Shown piece by piece: positions 45,998-51,131 of a stretch of DNA of 51,131 bases. The notes under the pieces are model-generated. The model made no database searches, was not told the origin of the DNA, and saw only the letters and a program-made list of their open reading frames with translations. Position 1 is the first letter of the stretch. Every line of letters starts with the position of its first letter. The stretch comes from an uncultured Alphaproteobacteria bacterium (GTDB taxonomy: Bacteria > Pseudomonadota > Alphaproteobacteria > RF32 > CAG-239): positions 1 through 51,131 of the forward strand of contig CAMVHF010000003.1 of NCBI GenBank assembly GCA_947167235.1, in the 5' to 3' direction. The position numbers and the translations under genes were made by a program.

Positions 45998-48900
45998 ATG
46001 CAAAAAAATGCATTTTTTAATAAAGTAGTATGCCTGTCAACGGCTGTTTCTTTTTCATTTGCCATTATGTTTCCGTATTCGGCAAAAGCTAATAATTTAG
46101 CGCCTTTATCTTTCAGAAAAATGTACAGTCTGGCTCAAAACGGTGATGTTGAAGCTTTGCGCGCTTCCGTACGCCGCGGTATGAATATTGATGTCGTCAC
46201 ACCGGATGGTGATACCGGTTTATGTATAGCCGCCAAAAGACATGATTCGTACACTTACAACAGTTTTCGTGCCGCAGGCGCAAATCCGCATCATCCTTGC
46301 GTACAAAATATTGATGATTATGATGAATTCGTAAATTCTTCAAAAGCTGTACCGGTAACGGCCGCTCCTAGAGAAGCTTTCAGCAAAGTAGGCGGCGAAT
46401 CATACAGTATTTCACCGAGAACATGGTGGATTTTAGGCGGTCTGGCTGTTATAGGAGCCGGTGTTGCCATTGCTGTCGGCCATGGCGGCGGCGGTGGTGG
46501 CGGCGGTGACGGTAGCGACGGAAAAGATCATACCGAAACTTATGACAGTTTAGGTACTATCTTAGCTTCAAAAGGTGAAACTTACAAAAAAACCTCCGGC
46601 TCAGCTTCTTTTAAATCGACTTTGGTTATTACCAATAAAAAAATAACCAAGGATCAGGTTAAAACCATTAACCTTTTCAGCGATGTTATGAATACAACCG
46701 GTTATATTTATCGCGGTTTACTGGCTCGAAAAGGCGGAACATATACAAATTCTCCTGCCGGTATTATTGAACTCGGTACGGCTTCTGCCGGTATGGTTGC
46801 CATTAACAAATCCAAAGTTATCAACAATGGCTATATTAAAGCTGATTCGGCCAATGCAACACTGGCCATGATTGCCAGTAACAGTTCGTCAGCTATTAAT
46901 AATGCTTCCGGTATTATCACAAGAACAAGTTCGCTGGGTATTGACTTGAATTTTGCCGGCGATGACATCAAAAAAACCGTTGTCGGTATGTATGCCGATA
47001 CCAATTCTTCTTTAATAAACAATGGTGATATTCGCGGTACGGCGACTAAAGTTTATGTTGAACCCGAAGAAGGTGAAAACTCCGGTAAAAGTAGTGAAGA
47101 AGAAGATGATGATTCACCTTTTTATGTGCCTGAAATATTAGCCTCATCATCAGATCAGGAATCGGCAACAACAGCCATAAAAGGTAATATTATCGGTATG
47201 GAAGCCATGATTTTGAATGTCGGAAGTGATGTACAAGATGATAAAATCACTTTAACAAATTCGGAAACCGGCGAAATTAATTTAAGCGCCGGCGACAGCG
47301 GTACCACAGGCACTACCGTTAATTTAACCAGTATCGCCATGGGAAGCTTTTTAGATGAAGGATTTTTGAATGGAACCAAAAATATAACCCGTGCCGAAAA
47401 AGTAACTTTAACCAACAGCGGTAAAATCAATATAGGATATACCGGTATATATCAAGCTGCCGATGATACGCCTTTAAGAAAAGGGACGGGCGGTATTGTC
47501 GGTATGCGTGCCGAAGCCAATACAACAGCTGTTAATACATCTACCGGTGTCATTACACTTACTTTGGCCGATTACGGTTCCGAAGGCGGCAGTGCATCCT
47601 CGACTACGACCGGAACAGGTGCCGGTATGCAATCGGTACATGGTTCTAACTTAAATAATAACGGAACTATTCAAATTATCACAAACGCCAGTAATAAAGT
47701 TATTAACTATGGTATGTTGGCTGTTGAAGGCAGTGGTACGGTATCCGGTTTATATACAAACACCAAGCAAGTTCTAAACAATAACGGTACGATTTATATT
47801 GAAGCCAGTAACAGTTACGGTATGGCATCATATAACGGCGGAACCTTAAATAATAACGTCAATTCCAATATTATTGTTGGTAAAGATATGAGCAATTACT
47901 CCGCTGTTGTTGATGCCGATACGTTATATGTCGGAAATATAGGTATGTACGGCTCAGGCGATTCCAATGCTGTTAAAATGAATAACTATGGTACAATCGA
48001 TGTATTTTCTTACAATTCCATAGCCATGAAAAATGATTTTTCCGGCGGTGTCGAAATCTGTAATGACGGTGTTATCCATATTCATTCCAGTGCAACAAAT
48101 ATTGATGATTCAAGTCACCCTGAAGGGACTAGAGTCTTTGCTGGTTATTACAGTGTGCTTCGAAATAACGGTACAATTAATTACGATATTTCAGAACCGG
48201 GAATACCTTCTTTACCGGGGTCGGCAAATGATCCGTTTGCCAGTTTAACCGTTGATGAAAACAATCTTAGATCCGTTATGACAACCAAAAGTTCTGCCGG
48301 AGATACATCTTCAACAACCGAATTTCTGTACAATAACGCCGGAAAATACATCAATTTAAACGGTTCATCTTTCACATCGGTAATGGCGGTTGAAACTTTG
48401 CGCGGTGTTGCCGAAAATAACGGTACGATTTTCCTTAACGAAAATAAATTCGGTACTGAAGGTAACGCTATCGGTATGTTCCTTAACTCTGAAACTATTT
48501 CTTCCGCTTATATCGAAAACAAAGGCACGATAGACACAAATTTCTATATGTCGGCAGCCATGGCAAGTATTTCACAACAAAATGCTGCTATGATTAACAG
48601 CGGTACAATCATAACTCGTAAAGAATATTCTATCGGTATGGGTGCTCTTTCATCAAGCACTTATACATTGATGAAAAACTATAAAATAATTAACGTAAAA
48701 GGTTCTTTCAGTGTCGCCATGTATGCGATGGGTAATACCAACATCAAAAACGAAGAAAATGCCGAAATAATCGTTGGTTCTGATTCCAATGTTGTCAATA
48801 ATTCTTACGGTTTATTTTCAAAAAGTGATACGGCATCTGTCGAAAATAACGGCAAAATCACCGTTTACAGCGACGGTAGCGGTGCAGCCATCAATACTTT

Positions 48901-50821
48901 AGGCGAGAATGTAACCATAACAAACAATAAAACCATTGAAGGATCGATGAATACGGGTATATCCGCAAGCGGCAATTATACAACCATCCTCAATGCATCT
49001 AACGGTAAAATCGAAGGAGCCTCATCTGCAGGTATACTCTCGTCCGGTGAACATACCAACATCACAAATCAAGGCACCATCGGTTCAACCAGTAGTAAAC
49101 CTTCAATAGGTATTAATGTCACGCAATCCGGTGCATATATCACAAACAGCGGCACAATCTATGCCGGATATATCGGTATTAATGCTTATGCCGAAGGTAA
49201 AGAAGAAGAAGATACGACACTTATATCCAACAGTAATGAAATCATTTCAAACAGCTATGGTATTTATGTAACCGTTGCATCAAAAGATGTTTATTTAACC
49301 ATCAATAATTCGGGTACCATAACCGCTCCTACTCCAATATATTTGGATTGCCAGTATGAAGCTTTAAAAGAAGGTACGGAAGATCCTGACTTTGAAGCCA
49401 ATATGAATGTCCCGAGCGAAACCCAAAAACATTATAAACCTTCTAAAACGTCAAGTTCATCAGCTGTCAGTACCGGTATTTTAAGTAATATCCGTTTTGT
49501 AAATACCGGTTTATTAAATGTAAGTTCCGCTTTAGATTTTGATGATACCAATGTTTCGTACAGTATCGGTCAAAACGGAACCTATCAGGCACCGTCTTTA
49601 ACCGGTACGGTTTCAGCTTCAACCTCTTTAGTTGAGGACGGTTTTAATGAAGTTTATACAAATACCGATTCTTTGGTCGGTCAAGATGACGGTGTTAATG
49701 TTGTTTCCGAATCTTATATGTTTACGGCAGATAAGGCTATAAATGATAATGGTAATACCGATATCGTTTTAACCAAAAAGTCTTTTGCTAAGCTAACCGA
49801 TAATGCATCTCTTGCTACATTTATGGAAAACAATTATGCCAAACAAAACAATGAATCTTTATTCGGTTCTTTGAAAAAATTATCTTCTCAAAGTGCTTTC
49901 AACACTGCTTTAGATAAAAACTTCGGACTGAATTTTGTTCCTAATCTGGCAAAGCAAAACTTAGATAACGAAAGAACCGTACAAAACGAGATTAATTCCG
50001 ATTTACTTGAAAACACTGGTTTGGAATCTCGTCATCTTTCTAAGATATTGACTTATAAAAATAAAGTCGATAGCAAAAACAGTGTCAGCGGCTATAAAGA
50101 CAATATTATTGCCGCATATAACATTAATGATTTTGTACTGCAAAACAAATTACGCATCGGTTTAGGTGTATCGGCAATTCGTGCCGACAGTGATTATACC
50201 GACGGTTCAAACCGCTATAATAATATTTTGGAAGTATTTGTTCCGGTAAGTGCGCAATACGGCAAAACTTCAGCTTTAATCAAGCCTAAAGCCGGTTTCG
50301 GTCGCGGTCATTATCGTCGTGTTGCCGAAAACGATAAGAATAAAGCTCAAACAAAAGAATATTACTATGGTATCGACACGGCTGCCAAACATTCCGTTGA
50401 TTTTGATTATGTTCAAATCGAGCCGAATATCGGTTTATCGGTAACAGGTATGTACATGAAAGGTGATAACGAAAGCAACAACGGTTTGCGCTTAAAATCT
50501 AAAAACATTATGTCTGCCGTTTCATCGGTCGGTCTTGATGTTCAAAAGAAATTTAAGTTCAATGATAAGCACCTTTTGACACTTATTGCCGGTGGTAAAT
50601 ATAATCATGAATTCGGTAATAAATATACCCAAAAAGCTTCCTTAAACGGTATGGAAGGCTTTTATGAAATCGAGAGTAATCGTTTAAATCGTGATTTCGG
50701 ATTATTACAAGCAAAACTAAAATATAATTACGAGCAATTCATGCTTGAAGCATCTGCCAACAAGCCGATTGAATCCAAACATAAAGCTTATTATATGTTT
50801 GATTTAGGTTACAGTTTTTAA
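45998..50821 (+). CDS. Large autotransporter/adhesin (type Va-like) with N-terminal ankyrin-like module and internal TM/poly-Gly segment
   Basis: Signal peptide (start probably MQKN at 45998), many NNGTI/N.G.I beta-helix repeats, C-terminal beta-barrel of about 280 aa ending YMFDLGYSF. Confidence 0.85.
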   Translation: MQKNAFFNKVVCLSTAVSFSFAIMFPYSAKANNLAPLSFRKMYSLAQNGDVEALRASVRRGMNIDVVTPDGDTGLCIAAKRHDSYTYNSFRAAGANPHHPCVQNIDDYDEFVNSSKAVPVTAAPREAFSKVGGESYSISPRTWWILGGLAVIGAGVAIAVGHGGGGGGGGDGSDGKDHTETYDSLGTILASKGETYKKTSGSASFKSTLVITNKKITKDQVKTINLFSDVMNTTGYIYRGLLARKGGTYTNSPAGIIELGTASAGMVAINKSKVINNGYIKADSANATLAMIASNSSSAINNASGIITRTSSLGIDLNFAGDDIKKTVVGMYADTNSSLINNGDIRGTATKVYVEPEEGENSGKSSEEEDDDSPFYVPEILASSSDQESATTAIKGNIIGMEAMILNVGSDVQDDKITLTNSETGEINLSAGDSGTTGTTVNLTSIAMGSFLDEGFLNGTKNITRAEKVTLTNSGKINIGYTGIYQAADDTPLRKGTGGIVGMRAEANTTAVNTSTGVITLTLADYGSEGGSASSTTTGTGAGMQSVHGSNLNNNGTIQIITNASNKVINYGMLAVEGSGTVSGLYTNTKQVLNNNGTIYIEASNSYGMASYNGGTLNNNVNSNIIVGKDMSNYSAVVDADTLYVGNIGMYGSGDSNAVKMNNYGTIDVFSYNSIAMKNDFSGGVEICNDGVIHIHSSATNIDDSSHPEGTRVFAGYYSVLRNNGTINYDISEPGIPSLPGSANDPFASLTVDENNLRSVMTTKSSAGDTSSTTEFLYNNAGKYINLNGSSFTSVMAVETLRGVAENNGTIFLNENKFGTEGNAIGMFLNSETISSAYIENKGTIDTNFYMSAAMASISQQNAAMINSGTIITRKEYSIGMGALSSSTYTLMKNYKIINVKGSFSVAMYAMGNTNIKNEENAEIIVGSDSNVVNNSYGLFSKSDTASVENNGKITVYSDGSGAAINTLGENVTITNNKTIEGSMNTGISASGNYTTILNASNGKIEGASSAGILSSGEHTNITNQGTIGSTSSKPSIGINVTQSGAYITNSGTIYAGYIGINAYAEGKEEEDTTLISNSNEIISNSYGIYVTVASKDVYLTINNSGTITAPTPIYLDCQYEALKEGTEDPDFEANMNVPSETQKHYKPSKTSSSSAVSTGILSNIRFVNTGLLNVSSALDFDDTNVSYSIGQNGTYQAPSLTGTVSASTSLVEDGFNEVYTNTDSLVGQDDGVNVVSESYMFTADKAINDNGNTDIVLTKKSFAKLTDNASLATFMENNYAKQNNESLFGSLKKLSSQSAFNTALDKNFGLNFVPNLAKQNLDNERTVQNEINSDLLENTGLESRHLSKILTYKNKVDSKNSVSGYKDNIIAAYNINDFVLQNKLRIGLGVSAIRADSDYTDGSNRYNNILEVFVPVSAQYGKTSALIKPKAGFGRGHYRRVAENDKNKAQTKEYYYGIDTAAKHSVDFDYVQIEPNIGLSVTGMYMKGDNESNNGLRLKSKNIMSAVSSVGLDVQKKFKFNDKHLLTLIAGGKYNHEFGNKYTQKASLNGMEGFYEIESNRLNRDFGLLQAKLKYNYEQFMLEASANKPIESKHKAYYMFDLGYSF

Positions 50822-50835
50822 TTAATTTAATATCT

Positions 50836-50976
50836 TTATTTTGGTGCGCTTTTATGTGTCTTGCTTATGCAATCCACGCCAGAATTGCCAACTCGCTTTG
50901 CTCGTTGTCCTCTGCGATATTTCGCCTGCGGCGACCGGCAGCCAATGCCTGCCTAATATCTTGAGTGAACTGGCAC
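50836..50976 (-). pseudogene. tRNA-Leu 3'-end duplicate with 80-nt insert in the T-loop
   Basis: Minus strand: GTGCCAGTTCA (50976-50966)-[80 nt]-ATTCTGGC (50885-50878)-27 nt-AGCGCACCAAAATAA; 50836-50850 is an exact 15-bp repeat of 51031-51045. Confidence 0.7.
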
Positions 50977-51011
50977 TGCTGCCAGTCCAAGCTGTCCTTA
51001 CGGCACAAAAA

Positions 51012-51032
51012 AACCTCCCGTGAAGGGAGGTT
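51012..51032 (-). terminator. Terminator after tRNA-Leu
   Basis: AACCTCCC-gtgaa-GGGAGGTT with a T-tract on the minus strand. Confidence 0.75.
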
Positions 51033-51036
51033 ATTT

Positions 51037-51123
51037 TGGTGCGCTAGGCCAGACTTGAACTGGCACGGGATAAATCCCAACAGATTTTAAGTCTGCAGCG
51101 TCTACCGATTCCGCCACAAGCGC
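51037..51123 (-). tRNA. tRNA-Leu (anticodon TAA)
   Basis: GCGCTTG...GCAGA-CTTAAAA-TCTGT, long variable arm GGGA-TTTA-TCCC, GCCAG-TTCAAGT-CTGGC, CCA; 87 nt. Confidence 0.95.
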
Positions 51124-51131
51124 ATTGCTAA

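Noticed and set aside
50841-51080. ORFs 50841-51023 and 50865-51080
   Set aside because: They overlap tRNA-Leu, its terminator and the structured repeat; no coding signals.

Overview
AT-rich bacterial chromosomal window, probably from an alphaproteobacterium with a reduced genome (inferred from dnaE, the mnmE-mnmG-rsmG-parAB block, dusB-trkA adjacency and a TipN/RgsE-like protein; a host-associated RF32/Rhodospirillales-like lineage is plausible but not proven). Bases 1-19.9 kb are a minus-strand housekeeping/centromere region: dnaE, a ferredoxin:thioredoxin-reductase-like mini-protein, parB, parA, rsmG, a PHP hydrolase, mnmG, mnmE, two orphans, typA, trkA, dusB and a coiled-coil membrane protein. 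It carries three perfect parS palindromes inside genes. Interleaved with them is an unexplained 14-bp motif, TTTAAATACRSYGY, present nine times in 5.2 kb, always on the same strand and in different reading frames. tRNA-Thr(GGT) at 20486-20560 is surrounded by tRNA-derived debris: two identical 191-bp upstream units broken in the anticodon loop, two downstream 3'-half copies with 80-87-nt structured inserts in the T-loop, and a family of ~50-58-bp palindromes built on the T-arm sequence. An accessory region follows (20.7-45 kb) with four YgjV-like paralogs, HD, EF-hand, Bor-like, permuted papain-like, pilin-like, GT90, ankyrin, MATE, DEDDh exonuclease, DUF3137, a membrane glycosyltransferase-like protein, an FAD oxidoreductase and many orphans. 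The window ends with Hsp20, a large autotransporter with an unusual ankyrin/TM N-terminus, and tRNA-Leu(TAA), whose downstream copy also has an 80-nt structured insert at the same T-loop position. No integrase, transposase or CRISPR array is visible.
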